From the NCBI RefSeq assembly GCF_034643695.2, contig NZ_CP141089.1: 32,000 nucleotides of DNA. The stretch is one strand, 5' to 3'. The translations under genes were made by a program, and so were the position numbers. Below, piece after piece: positions 1-11,611 of the stretch (the first letter of the stretch is position 1; each line of letters begins with the position of its first letter). Below the pieces are notes generated by a model that did no database searches, was not told the DNA's origin, and saw only the letters and a program-made list of their open reading frames with translations.

Positions 1-2
1 CG

Positions 3-1226
3 AAACAGCGTTTCGCGGCGGTGGGGATTGATGTCGAGGAGGCGCTGCGCCAACTTGATCGTTTACCCGTTTCAATGCACTGCTGGCAGGGCGATGATGT
101 TTCCGGTTTTGAAAACCCGGAAGGTTCGCTGACCGGGGGGATTCAGGCTACTGGCAATTATCCGGGCAAAGCGCGTAATGGCAGCGAGCTACGTGCCGAT
201 TTGGAACAAGCTATGCGGCTGATTCCGGGGCCGAAACGGCTTAATTTACATGCCATCTATCTGGAATCCGATACGCCCGTCGCGCGCGACCAGATCAAAC
301 CAGAGCACTTCAAAAACTGGGTTGAATGGGCGAAAGCCAATCAGCTCGGTCTGGATTTTAACCCCTCCTGTTTTTCGCATCCGCTAAGCGCCGATGGCTT
401 TACGCTTTCCCATGCCGACGACAGTATTCGCCAGTTCTGGATTGATCACTGCAAAGCCAGCCGCCGTGTTTCAGCCTATTTTGGCGAGCAACTTGGCACG
501 CCATCGGTGATGAACATCTGGATCCCGGATGGCATGAAAGATATCACCGTTGACCGTCTCGCTCCGCGCCAGCGTTTGCTGGCAGCACTGGATGAGGTGA
601 TCAGCGAGAAGCTGGATCCGGCGCACCATATCGACGCCGTTGAGAGCAAATTGTTTGGTATTGGCGCGGAGAGCTACACGGTTGGCTCCAATGAGTTTTA
701 CATGGGGTATGCCACCAGCCGCCAGACGGCGCTGTGCCTGGACGCCGGGCATTTCCACCCGACTGAAGTGATTTCCGACAAGATTTCCGCCGCCATGCTG
801 TATGTACCGCAGTTGCTACTGCACGTCAGCCGTCCGGTTCGCTGGGACAGCGATCACGTAGTGCTGCTGGATGATGAAACCCAGGCGATTGCCAGTGAGA
901 TTGTTCGTCACGATCTGTTTGACCGGGTGCATATCGGCCTCGACTTCTTTGATGCCTCTATCAACCGTATTGCTGCGTGGGTCATTGGTACACGCAATAT
1001 GAAAAAAGCCCTGCTGCGTGCGTTGCTGGAACCTACCGCTGAGCTGCGCAAGCTGGAAGCGGCGGGCGATTACAGTGCGCGTCTGGCACTGCTGGAAGAG
1101 CAGAAATCGTTGCCGTGGCAGGCGGTGTGGGAAATGTATTGTCAGCGTCACGATACCCCAGCAGGTAGCGAATGGCTGGAGAGCGTGCGGGCTTATGAAA
1201 AAGAAATTTTGAGCCAGCGTGGGTAA
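3..1226 (+). CDS. rhaA: L-rhamnose isomerase, 5'-truncated by window edge
   Basis: Frame is open from base 3 ([37 protein letters not shown]...); characteristic RhaA sequence, directly upstream of rhaD and rhaM. Confidence 0.97.
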   Translation, partial: KQRFAAVGIDVEEALRQLDRLPVSMHCWQGDDVSGFENPEGSLTGGIQATGNYPGKARNGSELRADLEQAMRLIPGPKRLNLHAIYLESDTPVARDQIKPEHFKNWVEWAKANQLGLDFNPSCFSHPLSADGFTLSHADDSIRQFWIDHCKASRRVSAYFGEQLGTPSVMNIWIPDGMKDITVDRLAPRQRLLAALDEVISEKLDPAHHIDAVESKLFGIGAESYTVGSNEFYMGYATSRQTALCLDAGHFHPTEVISDKISAAMLYVPQLLLHVSRPVRWDSDHVVLLDDETQAIASEIVRHDLFDRVHIGLDFFDASINRIAAWVIGTRNMKKALLRALLEPTAELRKLEAAGDYSARLALLEEQKSLPWQAVWEMYCQRHDTPAGSEWLESVRAYEKEILSQRG

Positions 1227-1228
1227 AC

Positions 1229-1266
1229 ACTGCCGGATGCGGCGCGAGCGCCTTATTCGGCCGACA
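1229..1266. repeat. REP-like palindromic element between rhaA and rhaD
   Basis: gccggatgcggcgcgagcgccttattcggcc matches the REP consensus core and its inverted arm. Confidence 0.75.
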
Positions 1267-1308
1267 GATCGTGCATCCGACAACACCGAATTTACAGGAA
1301 CACCGAAC

Positions 1309-2133
1309 ATGCAAAACATTACTCAGTCCTGGTTTGTCCAGGGAATGATTAAAGCCACCACCGACGCCTGGCTGAAAGGCTGGGACGAGCGCAACGGCGG
1401 CAACCTGACGCTACGCCTGGATGACGCCGATATCGCGCCTTATCACGACAACTTTCATGCACAACCGCGCTATATCCCGCTCAGCCAGCCCATGCCTTTA
1501 CTGGCAAATACACCGTTTATTGTCACCGGCTCCGGCAAATTCTTCCGCAACGTCCAGCTTGATCCTGCGGCTAACTTAGGCGTCGTAAAAGTCGACAGCG
1601 ACGGCGCGGGCTACCACATTCTCTGGGGGCTAACTCACGAAGCCGTTCCAACCTCTGAACTTCCGGCGCACTTCCTCTCTCATTGCGAACGCATTAAAGC
1701 CACCAACGGTAAAGATCGGGTGATCATGCACTGCCATGCCACCAACCTGATCGCCCTTACCTACGTACTGGAAAACGACACCGCGGTCTTCACTCGCCAA
1801 CTGTGGGAAGGCAGCACCGAATGTCTGGTAGTGTTCCCGGATGGCGTCGGCATTTTGCCGTGGATGGTGCCCGGCACGGACGAAATCGGCCAGGCGACCG
1901 CACAGGAAATGCAAAAACATTCGCTGGTGTTGTGGCCCTTCCACGGCGTCTTCGGCAGCGGTCCGACACTGGATGAAACATTCGGTTTAATCGACACCGC
2001 AGAAAAATCAGCACAAGTATTAGTGAAGGTTTATTCGATGGGCGGCATGAAACAGACCATCAGTCGTGAAGAGTTGATAGCACTCGGCCAGCGTTTCGGC
2101 GTTACACCACTCGCCAGTGCGCTGGCGCTGTAA
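1309..2133 (+). CDS. rhaD: rhamnulose-1-phosphate aldolase, 274 aa (start at MQNITQSWF rather than the upstream ATG of the ORF track)
   Basis: [36 protein letters not shown]; class II aldolase; tacaggaac upstream of the ATG. Confidence 0.96.
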   Translation: MQNITQSWFVQGMIKATTDAWLKGWDERNGGNLTLRLDDADIAPYHDNFHAQPRYIPLSQPMPLLANTPFIVTGSGKFFRNVQLDPAANLGVVKVDSDGAGYHILWGLTHEAVPTSELPAHFLSHCERIKATNGKDRVIMHCHATNLIALTYVLENDTAVFTRQLWEGSTECLVVFPDGVGILPWMVPGTDEIGQATAQEMQKHSLVLWPFHGVFGSGPTLDETFGLIDTAEKSAQVLVKVYSMGGMKQTISREELIALGQRFGVTPLASALAL

Positions 2134-2142
2134 GGAGCAAAC

Positions 2143-2457
2143 ATGATCCGCAAAGCCTTTGTCATGCAGGTTAACCCCGACGCCCACGAAGAGTATCAGC
2201 GTCGGCATAATCCAATCTGGCCGGAACTGGAAGCAGTGTTGAAATCTCACGGTGCGCATAACTACGCCATTTACCTCGACAAAGCGCGTAATCTGCTGTT
2301 TGCCACGGTAGAGATTGAATCTGAAGAACGGTGGAATGCGGTTGCCAGCACTGAAATCTGCCAACGTTGGTGGAAATATATGACCGACGTTATGCCAGCT
2401 AACCCGGATAACAGCCCAGTCAGTAGCGAGCTGCAAGAAGTGTTTTACCTGCCCTAA
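2143..2457 (+). CDS. rhaM: L-rhamnose mutarotase, 104 aa
   Basis: [30 protein letters not shown]; follows rhaD with a short gap and a taaggagc Shine-Dalgarno. Confidence 0.96.
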
Positions 2458-2497
2458 TGAGTTGCGGTGCCGGAAAATATCCAGCACCGCGCCTTCA

Positions 2498-3892
2498 TCA
2501 GAAGAAGTATTTAAAGCGAACGCGTGCGCCGTAACGGTCATCAGTATCATCACCGTGTTTTTTATCACCGTCGCTATCCAGAATGGAGTAATACGTCCCG
2601 AGGTAAATATTAAAGTTCTCCATATCCATCACATTAGCGAACTGATAAGACGCATGAATGGTGTGAATGGTGTACGTCCCTTCATCATCAATCCAGCAGT
2701 CGTTATCACAAACTACACCGCTGAATTCATCAATCTTATTGTGCGCGTAGATATAACCCAGCTCGAAACGTTTCCACAGCGCGTTAATCCCGGCAGTGAA
2801 ATCTTTCTCATTATTAGCATCTAAATAGGCGGTATTAAGATTAACCACGACGCCATTTTCCGGATCCGTTTTCAGGCCATTCCAGGTCATGCTCATACCA
2901 TAGCCGGTACGATCGGACTGATCGACAAAATTACCCTTGCTATCGGTATAACCATAAGCATTATTTACCACGTTCGCTTCCATCGCTGCGGAAACGGTAA
3001 ATTCTTCCGTCGGCGACCAGGCAATTACCGGACGCAGATAAGCAACATTTTTCTGCTGCTCCATATCGCGTCCATGATAATTACCGTCATTATATAAAGA
3101 TGTTCCGTCTTCAAGTAACGTGTTTAATTCAAAATACCAGTTATCAAGTTGTTTGCTGACGAGAAAATTACCGCCAGCGTTAGAGCGCCCGCGGCCCTCT
3201 TTCATCATATAGATATAACCGCTGCCATCGTCATAAAGATCGTTCGCAGTATTACCGGAATGTTCAACAAAGGTATCCTGATTCAGCGGGAACATATCGT
3301 AGGCTTCGAAACGGCCTACTTTGACCTTCCAGTCGTTTTCTTTGCCAAAGAAGAATACCGCATCATCGATATTTACTGAACCGTGCATGTCCCCCAGCGG
3401 TTGCGCGGAGAACCCGGCGAAATAACCATTATCCAGTTTTCGCATACCATCAAAACCTAACAGAATACGACCATTGAGATTCCACTGTTCATTAGTGGGA
3501 TCGCTATTCACATCAGCGTTGGTCATTGCCAGCAGGCCATGATTACTTTCTGCATCCATATTAAATTCTACGTCGCCGTAGATTTTTAAATCGCCATAAC
3601 CTGAGAGCAAAAGATTAGGTGAGGTGGAATTTTTCTTTGCAGATTCCGCCGTTGCCTGTCCATTTACCGGCGTATTGCCCTGGGCAGCCTTAATTTCGCG
3701 GATCTCAGCGGCTTGTTGTGTCTGCAGCTGTTTAACCTGGCTCTCTGCTTTTGCTGCCCGCATTTCTGCCGCTTCCAGGCGTTCTTCCAGCAATGCCATG
3801 CGTTGTTCCAGCGTTAAATGCTGTGTTTTTGCCATTCCGGTACTACATGCCAATAATAAACCGATGGCTAAAGATAATGTCGATTTTTTCAT
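2498..3892 (-). CDS. putative carbohydrate-specific outer membrane porin (RafY-like glycoporin), 464 aa
   Basis: Signal peptide MKKSTLSLAIGLLLACSTGMA, N-terminal coiled-coil (LEQRMALLEERLEAAEMRAAKAESQVKQLQ), repeated amphipathic beta strands, terminal aromatic FKYFF typical of outer membrane barrels. Confidence 0.8.
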   Translation of the reverse strand: MKKSTLSLAIGLLLACSTGMAKTQHLTLEQRMALLEERLEAAEMRAAKAESQVKQLQTQQAAEIREIKAAQGNTPVNGQATAESAKKNSTSPNLLLSGYGDLKIYGDVEFNMDAESNHGLLAMTNADVNSDPTNEQWNLNGRILLGFDGMRKLDNGYFAGFSAQPLGDMHGSVNIDDAVFFFGKENDWKVKVGRFEAYDMFPLNQDTFVEHSGNTANDLYDDGSGYIYMMKEGRGRSNAGGNFLVSKQLDNWYFELNTLLEDGTSLYNDGNYHGRDMEQQKNVAYLRPVIAWSPTEEFTVSAAMEANVVNNAYGYTDSKGNFVDQSDRTGYGMSMTWNGLKTDPENGVVVNLNTAYLDANNEKDFTAGINALWKRFELGYIYAHNKIDEFSGVVCDNDCWIDDEGTYTIHTIHASYQFANVMDMENFNIYLGTYYSILDSDGDKKHGDDTDDRYGARVRFKYFF

Positions 3893-4245
3893 TATTTACG
3901 TTCCCTGAAATAAAAGAGACCCTACGCTTTCCAAAAGGAATACGTATATAGAGAAATATAAGGTGTGCACTTTCGAATTTTCAATCCAACTTCAGCAGGC
4001 CGATGGATAGTATCCCGCTGCATAATATGAGTAAATCCGCTGATTTCCTGGAACGTGAGGAATATAACAATAGTGCCGTTTTTAACCAAATATCGTAAAA
4101 AATATTAGATATAATTCACGCTGACTCATAAGCCACAAATATAAATAACGCTTAAACAAATTATCTGAGAAATTTAAACATTCACAAAATCATTAAATAA
4201 TGATACTTTATTCACAAAATTTATCCTTCACTCTGCTTTATATTG

Positions 4246-4975
4246 TCACGACTTCGTGACATATCCGCGCTCATCACAAACCCGCCCCGCGATTACAATT
4301 GACTGAAATATTTCATCGACCATTTCGTTGTACTCGCATAATGTTCTCGGGAAATGAGTCTTCGGCCATCCAGCTTGAGTTTGCGTCCTGAAGTTGCTCT
4401 TTATCCCAGTCAGAGTACAGGACTTTATCTCTGATGCGGCGAACATATTTTTTAGCCTCGAGTTGATACTGGTCTGCCGAATTAATGAACGAGAAATTCA
4501 TACCGCCTTTATCCGCTTCTTTGGCCTGCGCCACCAGCGTTTCCAGTTCAGAGACTTTCTTCATTGCCGCATCAACATCAAACTTCTCTTGCGAAATCAG
4601 GTTATTAATTTGTTTCGCTGAAATCATGACTGCCAGAGAGTAGTAGTGGAATGTTTTCCCTTCTCTTTGTTCAATATTTTTCAGTTCCGCAAGCTGGCGC
4701 TTATCGTTAATTTCCTGAATCGCCGCATGATAAGATTCTGCTACAGGTTCAAAGGCTTCAAGATTTTTTAAGAATGTCTGGTGCAGCGTTTTCCCTTTCG
4801 CAAACGCATCGTCTTTATAATTTTCCTGGGTGTAATATTTATCCATTTCGTTAATGGTATTACCCAACGCCACGGCAGCATCAATATAACTTACCGCCAC
4901 GCCATCAATAGGTTGCAGCGCAGGCGTTAACGCCACTACACGCATTTTGTTTATAAATAAAATAATAAAATTCAC
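4246..4975 (-). pseudogene. yiiG: yiiG remnant (DUF3829-family lipoprotein): 5'-truncated and frameshifted near the 3' end
   Basis: VALTPALQPIDGVAVSYIDAAVALGNTINEMDKYYTQENYKDDAFAKG is YiiG-like, but no signal peptide or lipobox precedes it; near 4350 the ORF 4313..4975 diverges, while a second frame continues FPRTLCEYNEMVD. Confidence 0.75.
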
Positions 4976-4981
4976 GAAATG

Positions 4982-5020
4982 AATAAGTCCTGCAATTTAA
5001 TATATATCGCAGGACTTATT
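4982..5020 (-). terminator. likely transcription terminator downstream of fdhD
   Basis: Perfect 12-bp inverted repeat AATAAGTCCTGC (4982-4993) / GCAGGACTTATT (5009-5020), immediately past the fdhD stop. Confidence 0.6.
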
Positions 5021-5024
5021 TTAA

Positions 5025-5858
5025 TTAATTGCTCAAACGCTGCGGATGGGTATAAACCGTTGCCCGACCCGGTTTACAAAAGCCCACCAGCGTCAAATTA
5101 CAGCGTTCAGCCACTTCTACAGCAAGTGTGGTCGCGGCAGACACCGCAAACAAAATCTCTACGCCACACATCGCCGACTTTTGCACCATTTCATAACTGG
5201 CACGACTGGAAACCAGCACCGCACCTTGCTGCCAGCTTTCCCCTTCTTGTGACCGGCGGCCTAACAGTTTGTCCAGCGCCACATGGCGACCCACGTCTTC
5301 ATGCCCGCCGACCAGTTCGCCAGATGGCAACATCCAGGCAGCGGCGTGTGTACAACCAGTCAGTTGCCCCACTGGCTGGAAATCATTGAGATGACGTAAT
5401 GCATCATCCAGTTTGTTGAGATCAAACGTCTGGGTGAACGGCAGCGGCTGCACCGGTTTACCGATATCGTTAAGCTGTTCTACACCGCATACGCCACAGC
5501 CCGTACGTCCCGCCAGCGCCCGGCGGCGCTCCTTCAACCCCATAAAGCGGCGGCTGGAAAGCTCAATTTGCACTTCCAGACCATTACAGGAAGGAACGAC
5601 ATCCATACCGAAGATATCGCGCGGACTTTCGATAATCCCCTCGGAAAGCGAAAAACCGAGCGCAAAGTACTCAAGGTCTTTGGGCGACGCCATCATCACC
5701 ACATGCGAAATGCCGTTGTAGACCAGCGCAACGGGAACTTCTTCCGCGACCTCATCTAACCGTGGGTGTTGTAAATCATCACGCCGCCATAACTCAATTT
5801 GACGAACACCTGTGATATTTGTCACATTTTCGATTTCTTTTTGCTGTGTTTTTTTCAC
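5025..5858 (-). CDS. fdhD: formate dehydrogenase accessory sulfurtransferase FdhD, 277 aa
   Basis: [32 protein letters not shown]...; [13 protein letters not shown] conserved Cys motif; divergent from fdoG. Confidence 0.96.
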
Positions 5859-6051
5859 TTTCTCTTAACCAGATAAGAACACACACACCAACATTATGGT
5901 ATTCTGTTACAAACCCTTCCTGGATGGAGGGAAATTGAGCCAATTCTGGACCTTTGCGGCCCCTTCCGCAAAGAAAAATAACTCCCACTCCCTGCACACG
6001 CAGCAAGCGAATGTAAATGGGACGTGACAATGTCGAAACAAGGAGCAATCC

Positions 6052-9000
6052 ATGCAGGTCAGCAGAAGGCAGTTCTTTAAGATCTGCGCTGGCGGTATGG
6101 CAGGCACCACGGCAGCGGCACTGGGTTTTGCACCCAGCGTAGCACTCGCGGAAACCCGGCAGTATAAACTGCTGCGCACCCGCGAAACCCGTAATACCTG
6201 CACCTATTGTTCCGTAGGCTGTGGGCTGTTGATGTACAGCCTCGGTGACGGAGCAAAAAACGCCAAAGCATCTATCTTCCATATCGAAGGCGATCCGGAT
6301 CACCCGGTCAACCGCGGTGCACTTTGTCCGAAAGGCGCTGGCCTGGTGGATTTCATCCACTCCGAAAGCCGTCTGAAGTTTCCGGAATACCGTGCGCCAG
6401 GTTCTGATAAATGGCAGCAAATCAGTTGGGAAGAGGCGTTTGATCGCATCGCCAAACTGATGAAAGAAGACCGCGATGCTAACTACATTGCGCAAAACGC
6501 CGAAGGCGTGACTGTTAACCGCTGGCTCTCCACCGGGATGCTGTGTGCTTCCGCGTCGAGTAACGAAACCGGCTATTTAACGCAAAAATTCTCCCGCGCG
6601 CTGGGGATGCTCGCGGTCGACAACCAGGCGCGTGTCTGACACGGACCAACGGTAGCAAGTCTTGCTCCAACATTTGGTCGCGGTGCGATGACCAACCACT
6701 GGGTCGACATCAAGAACGCCAACCTCGTCGTGGTGATGGGCGGTAATGCCGCTGAAGCTCACCCGGTCGGGTTCCGCTGGGCGATGGAAGCCAAAATTCA
6801 CAACGGCGCGAAGCTGATTGTGATCGATCCTCGCTTTACGCGTACGGCGGCGGTGGCTGACTACTATGCCCCTATTCGTTCCGGGACTGACATTGCTTTC
6901 CTGTCAGGCGTATTGCTGTACCTGCTGAACAATGAAAAATTCAACCGCGAATACACCGAAGCCTATACCAACGCCAGCCTGATCGTGCGTGAGGATTACG
7001 GCTTTGAAGATGGCCTGTTCACCGGCTACGACGCGGAAAAACGCAAGTACGATAAATCCTCCTGGACTTACGAACTGGACGAAAACGGCTTCGCCAAACG
7101 CGATACCACGCTGCAACATCCGCGTTGCGTGTGGAACTTGCTGAAACAGCACGTTTCCCGTTATACGCCAGATGTGGTTGAAAACATCTGCGGTACGCCA
7201 AAAGACGCGTTCCTGAAAGTCTGCGAATACATCGCCGAAACCAGTGCTCACGATAAAACAGCGTCGTTCCTCTATGCCCTCGGCTGGACGCAACACTCCA
7301 TTGGTGCGCAAAACATTCGTACGATGGCGATGATCCAGCTGCTGCTCGGCAATATGGGGATGGCTGGCGGCGGCGTTAACGCCCTGCGCGGTCACTCCAA
7401 TATTCAGGGGCTGACCGACCTGGGGCTGCTGTCGCAGAGCCTGCCAGGTTACATGACGCTGCCAAGCGAGAAGCAGACCGATCTGCAAACCTACCTTGCC
7501 GCCAACACGCCGAAACCGCTGCTGGAAGGCCAGGTTAACTACTGGGGCAATTACCCGAAATTCTTCGTCTCCATGATGAAGGCCTTCTTTGGTGATAAAG
7601 CGACGGCAGAAAACAGCTGGGGCTTTGACTGGTTGCCGAAGTGGGATAAAGGCTACGACGTCCTGCAATACTTCGAGATGATGAAAGAGGGCAAAGTCAA
7701 TGGCTATATCTGCCAGGGCTTTAACCCGGTTGCCTCATTCCCGAACAAAAACAAAGTGATCGGCTGTCTGTCGAAACTGAAGTTCCTCGTGACCATCGAC
7801 CCGCTGAACACTGAAACCTCTAACTTCTGGCAGAACCACGGTGAACTGAACGAAGTTGACTCGTCGAAGATCCAGACCGAAGTGTTCCGTCTGCCATCGA
7901 CCTGCTTCGCGGAAGAGAACGGTTCAATCGTCAACTCTGGTCGCTGGTTGCAGTGGCACTGGAAAGGTGCGGACGCCCCGGGGATTGCGCTGACTGACGG
8001 CGAGATCCTCTCCGGTATCTTCCTGCGCTTGCGCAAGATGTATGCCGAACAGGGTGGCGCGAACCCGGACCAGGTGCTGAACATGACCTGGAACTACGCC
8101 ATTCCGCATGAGCCATCTTCAGAAGAAGTGGCGATGGAGAGTAACGGTAAGGCGCTGGCCGATATTACCGATCCGGCAACCGGTGCGGTTATCGTCAAGA
8201 AAGGCCAACAACTTAGCTCGTTCGCCCAACTGCGCGATGACGGTACAACCTCCTGTGGCTGCTGGATTTTCGCCGGTAGCTGGACGCCAGAGGGCAACCA
8301 GATGGCACGCCGTGATAACGCCGATCCGTCTGGCCTCGGTAACACGCTGGGCTGGGCATGGGCATGGCCGCTTAACCGCCGTATTCTGTATAACCGCGCC
8401 TCCGCAGATCCGCAGGGTAACCCGTGGGATCCGAAGCGTCAGTTGCTGAAATGGGACGGCACCAAGTGGACCGGCTGGGATATTCCGGACTACAGCGCAG
8501 CGCCTCCGGGCAGTGGCGTCGGGCCGTTTATCATGCAGCAGGAAGGCATGGGGCGTCTGTTTGCCCTCGATAAGATGGCGGAAGGTCCGTTCCCGGAACA
8601 CTACGAGCCGTTTGAAACGCCGCTGGGGACTAACCCGCTGCATCCAAACGTTATCTCGAACCCGGCTGCACGTATCTTTAAAGACGACGCCGAAGCATTG
8701 GGTAAAGCCGATAAGTTCCCGTATGTCGGAACCACCTATCGTCTGACCGAGCACTTCCACTACTGGACCAAACACGCGCTGTTGAACGCGATTTTGCAAC
8801 CAGAGCAGTTTGTGGAAATCGGTGAGTCGCTGGCGAATAAACTTGGCATTGCCCAGGGCGATACCGTGAAAGTCTCCTCCAACCGTGGCTATATCAAAGC
8901 CAAAGCGGTGGTGACCAAACGTATTCGCACGCTGAAAGCGAACGGCAAAGATATCGATACCATCGGTATTCCGATTCACTGGGGCTATGAAGGTGTTGCG

Positions 9001-9102
9001 AAAAAAGGCTTTATTGCCAATACGTTAACACCATTCGTTGGTGATGCGAACACGCAGACGCCAGAGTTTAAGTCCTTCCTTGTGAATGTGGAAAAGGTGT
9101 AA
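6052..9102 (+). CDS. fdoG: formate dehydrogenase-O alpha subunit, selenoprotein, 1016 aa including Sec196
   Basis: Tat signal MQVSRRQFFKICAGG; Fe-S motif CTYCSVGCGLL; the two track ORFs 6052..6639 and 6688..9102 are one frame joined across TGA 6637-6639 (ARV-U-HGPTV); ends directly before fdoH. Confidence 0.97.
6640..6680 (+). promoter_or_regulatory. bacterial SECIS hairpin for UGA decoding in fdoG
   Basis: Nested complementarity directly after the UGA: GACCAA (6644-6649)/TTGGTC (6674-6679) outside, AGCA...TGCT inside with loop region AGTCT. Confidence 0.8.
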
Positions 9103-9114
9103 CGGAGACGACAT

Positions 9115-10017
9115 ATGGCTTATCAATCTCAAGATATCATTCGTCGTTCCGCGACTAACGGTCTGACCCCCGCGCCTCAGGCGCGGGACTTCCAGGAAGA
9201 AGTGGCGAAACTCATCGACGTCACCACCTGTATCGGCTGTAAAGCCTGTCAGGTGGCGTGTTCAGAGTGGAACGACATTCGCGATACCGTCGGCAATAAC
9301 ATTGGGGTGTACGACAACCCCAATGATTTAAGTGCCAAATCGTGGACGGTGATGCGCTTCTCGGAAGTGGAACAGAACGACAAACTGGAATGGCTGATCC
9401 GCAAAGACGGCTGTATGCACTGTTCCGATCCAGGCTGCCTGAAAGCGTGCCCGGCGGAAGGAGCAATTATTCAGTATGCCAACGGTATCGTCGACTTCCA
9501 GTCCGAGCAGTGCATCGGCTGCGGTTATTGCATTGCGGGCTGTCCGTTCGACATTCCGCGCCTCAACCCGGAAGACAACCGCGTCTACAAATGTACGCTG
9601 TGCGTTGACCGCGTGGTGGTTGGGCAAGAACCGGCCTGCGTGAAGACCTGCCCAACGGGCGCGATTCACTTCGGTACGAAAGAGTCGATGAAAACGCTGG
9701 CGAGCGAGCGCGTGGCGGAGCTGAAAACTCGCGGTTACGACAATGCGGGTCTGTACGATCCGGCAGGCGTTGGTGGTACACACGTTATGTACGTGCTGCA
9801 CCATGCTGACAAGCCAAATCTGTATCATGGCTTGCCGGAGAACCCGGAAATCAGCGAAACCGTGAAATTCTGGAAAGGCATCTGGAAACCGCTCGCAGCT
9901 GTTGGCTTTGCGGCTACCTTCGCAGCCAGTATCTTCCACTACGTGGGTGTCGGTCCGAACCGTGCGGATGAGGAAGAGAATAATCTGCACGAAGAGAAAG
10001 ACGAGGAGCGCAAATGA
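9115..10017 (+). CDS. fdoH: formate dehydrogenase-O iron-sulfur (beta) subunit, 300 aa
   Basis: [16 protein letters not shown]; multiple 4Fe-4S motifs ([27 protein letters not shown]). Confidence 0.97.
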
Positions 10018-10649
10018 AACGACGTGACACCATCGTGCGCTACACCGCGCCGGAACGTATCAACCACTGGATCACCGCCTTCTGCTTCATCCTGGCGGCG
10101 GTGAGCGGGCTGGGCTTTTTGTTCCCGTCCTTCAACTGGTTGATGCAAATCATGGGCACACCGCAGCTGGCGCGAATTCTGCACCCGTTTGTCGGCGTGG
10201 TTATGTTTGCCTCGTTCATCATCATGTTTTTCCGTTACTGGCATCACAACCTAATCAATCGGGATGATATCTTTTGGGCGAAGAATATTCGTAAGATCGT
10301 CGTCAACGAGGAAGTAGGTGACACCGGGCGTTATAACTTCGGTCAGAAATGCGTTTTCTGGGCGGCGATTATTTTCCTGGTTCTGCTGCTGGTGAGCGGC
10401 GTGATTATCTGGCGTCCTTATTTTGCGCCTGCTTTCTCAATCCCGGTGATCCGATTCGCGTTAATGCTGCATTCATTTGCCGCAGTGGCGTTAATTGTGG
10501 TTATCATGGTGCATATCTACGCCGCCCTTTGGGTGAAAGGCACGATTACCGCCATGGTGGAAGGATGGGTTACCAGCGCCTGGGCGAAGAAACATCACCC
10601 GCGCTGGTACCGTGAGGTCCGCAAGACAACGGAAAAGAAAGCTGAATGA
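10014..10649 (+). CDS. fdoI: formate dehydrogenase-O cytochrome b556 (gamma) subunit, 211 aa
   Basis: [29 protein letters not shown]; multi-TM; ATGA overlap with fdoH. Confidence 0.96.
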
Positions 10650-11575
10650 GTATTCGCATAATCCCGCAAGATGAGCTGGGTTCGAGCGAGAAACGTACGG
10701 CGGATATGATTCCGCCGTTATTGTTCCCTCGGCTCAAGAATTTATACAACCGCCGCGCCGAGCGTCTGCGCGAGCTGGCAGAAAATAATCCGCTGGGTGA
10801 TTACCTGCGCTTTGCTGCGCTTATCGCCCACGCCCAGGAAGTGGTGCTGTACGACCATCCGCTGGAGATGGATCTGACCACGCGCATTAAAGAAGCCAGC
10901 GCACAAGGCAAGCCCCCGCTGGATATTCACGTTCTGCCGCGTGATAAGCACTGGCAAAAGCTGCTGATGGCGCTGATTGCTGAGCTGAAACCTGAAATGA
11001 GCGGCCCGGCGCTGGCAGTGATTGAGAATCTGGAGAAGGCATCGACTCAGGAGCTGGAAGATATGGCCAGCGCACTGTTTGCCTCTGATTTCTCGTCCGT
11101 CAGCAGCGATAAAGCGCCGTTTATCTGGGCTGCACTGTCGCTCTACTGGGCGCAGATGGCTAATCTGATCCCCGGCAAAGCCCGCGCTGAATATGGCGAA
11201 CAACGTCAATATTGCCCGGTTTGTGGCTCTATGCCGGTGTCCAGCATGGTGCAAATTGGCACCACTCAGGGTCTGCGTTACCTGCACTGCAACCTGTGCG
11301 AAACCGAATGGCACGTGGTGCGCGTAAAATGCAGCAACTGTGAACAGAGCGGCAAACTGCATTACTGGTCGCTGGATGACGAACAGGCCGCGATTAAAGC
11401 CGAAAGCTGCGATGACTGTGGCACTTACCTGAAGATTCTTTATCAGGAAAAAGAACCGAAAGTTGAAGCCGTGGCAGATGACCTCGCCTCTCTGGTACTG
11501 GACGCGCGAATGGAGCAAGAAGGCTACGCCCGCAGTTCCATCAACCCGTTCCTGTTCCCGGGTGAAGGGGAGTAA
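10646..11575 (+). CDS. fdhE: formate dehydrogenase assembly protein FdhE, 309 aa
   Basis: [34 protein letters not shown]; rubredoxin-like [28 protein letters not shown] cysteine pairs; ATGA overlap with fdoI. Confidence 0.96.
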   Translation: MSIRIIPQDELGSSEKRTADMIPPLLFPRLKNLYNRRAERLRELAENNPLGDYLRFAALIAHAQEVVLYDHPLEMDLTTRIKEASAQGKPPLDIHVLPRDKHWQKLLMALIAELKPEMSGPALAVIENLEKASTQELEDMASALFASDFSSVSSDKAPFIWAALSLYWAQMANLIPGKARAEYGEQRQYCPVCGSMPVSSMVQIGTTQGLRYLHCNLCETEWHVVRVKCSNCEQSGKLHYWSLDDEQAAIKAESCDDCGTYLKILYQEKEPKVEAVADDLASLVLDARMEQEGYARSSINPFLFPGEGE

Positions 11576-11611
11576 TCTCTGACGTTTTCCGGGTGGCGCT
11601 GGTCGCCCGGA

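Noticed and set aside
6052-6801. Apparent nonsense mutation splitting fdoG
   Set aside because: The TGA is in the conserved selenocysteine position of FdoG/FdnG-type enzymes with a downstream SECIS hairpin; not a pseudogene
8119-8979. 286-aa ORF on the minus strand inside fdoG
   Set aside because: Antisense shadow ORF in high-GC coding DNA, no ribosome site or recognisable domain; the opposite frame is unequivocally fdoG
9328-9990. 220-aa antisense ORF inside fdoH
   Set aside because: Shadow of the well-supported Fe-S subunit gene
10742-11518. 258-aa antisense ORF inside fdhE
   Set aside because: Shadow ORF; the repeated cysteine-pair structure supports the plus-strand frame
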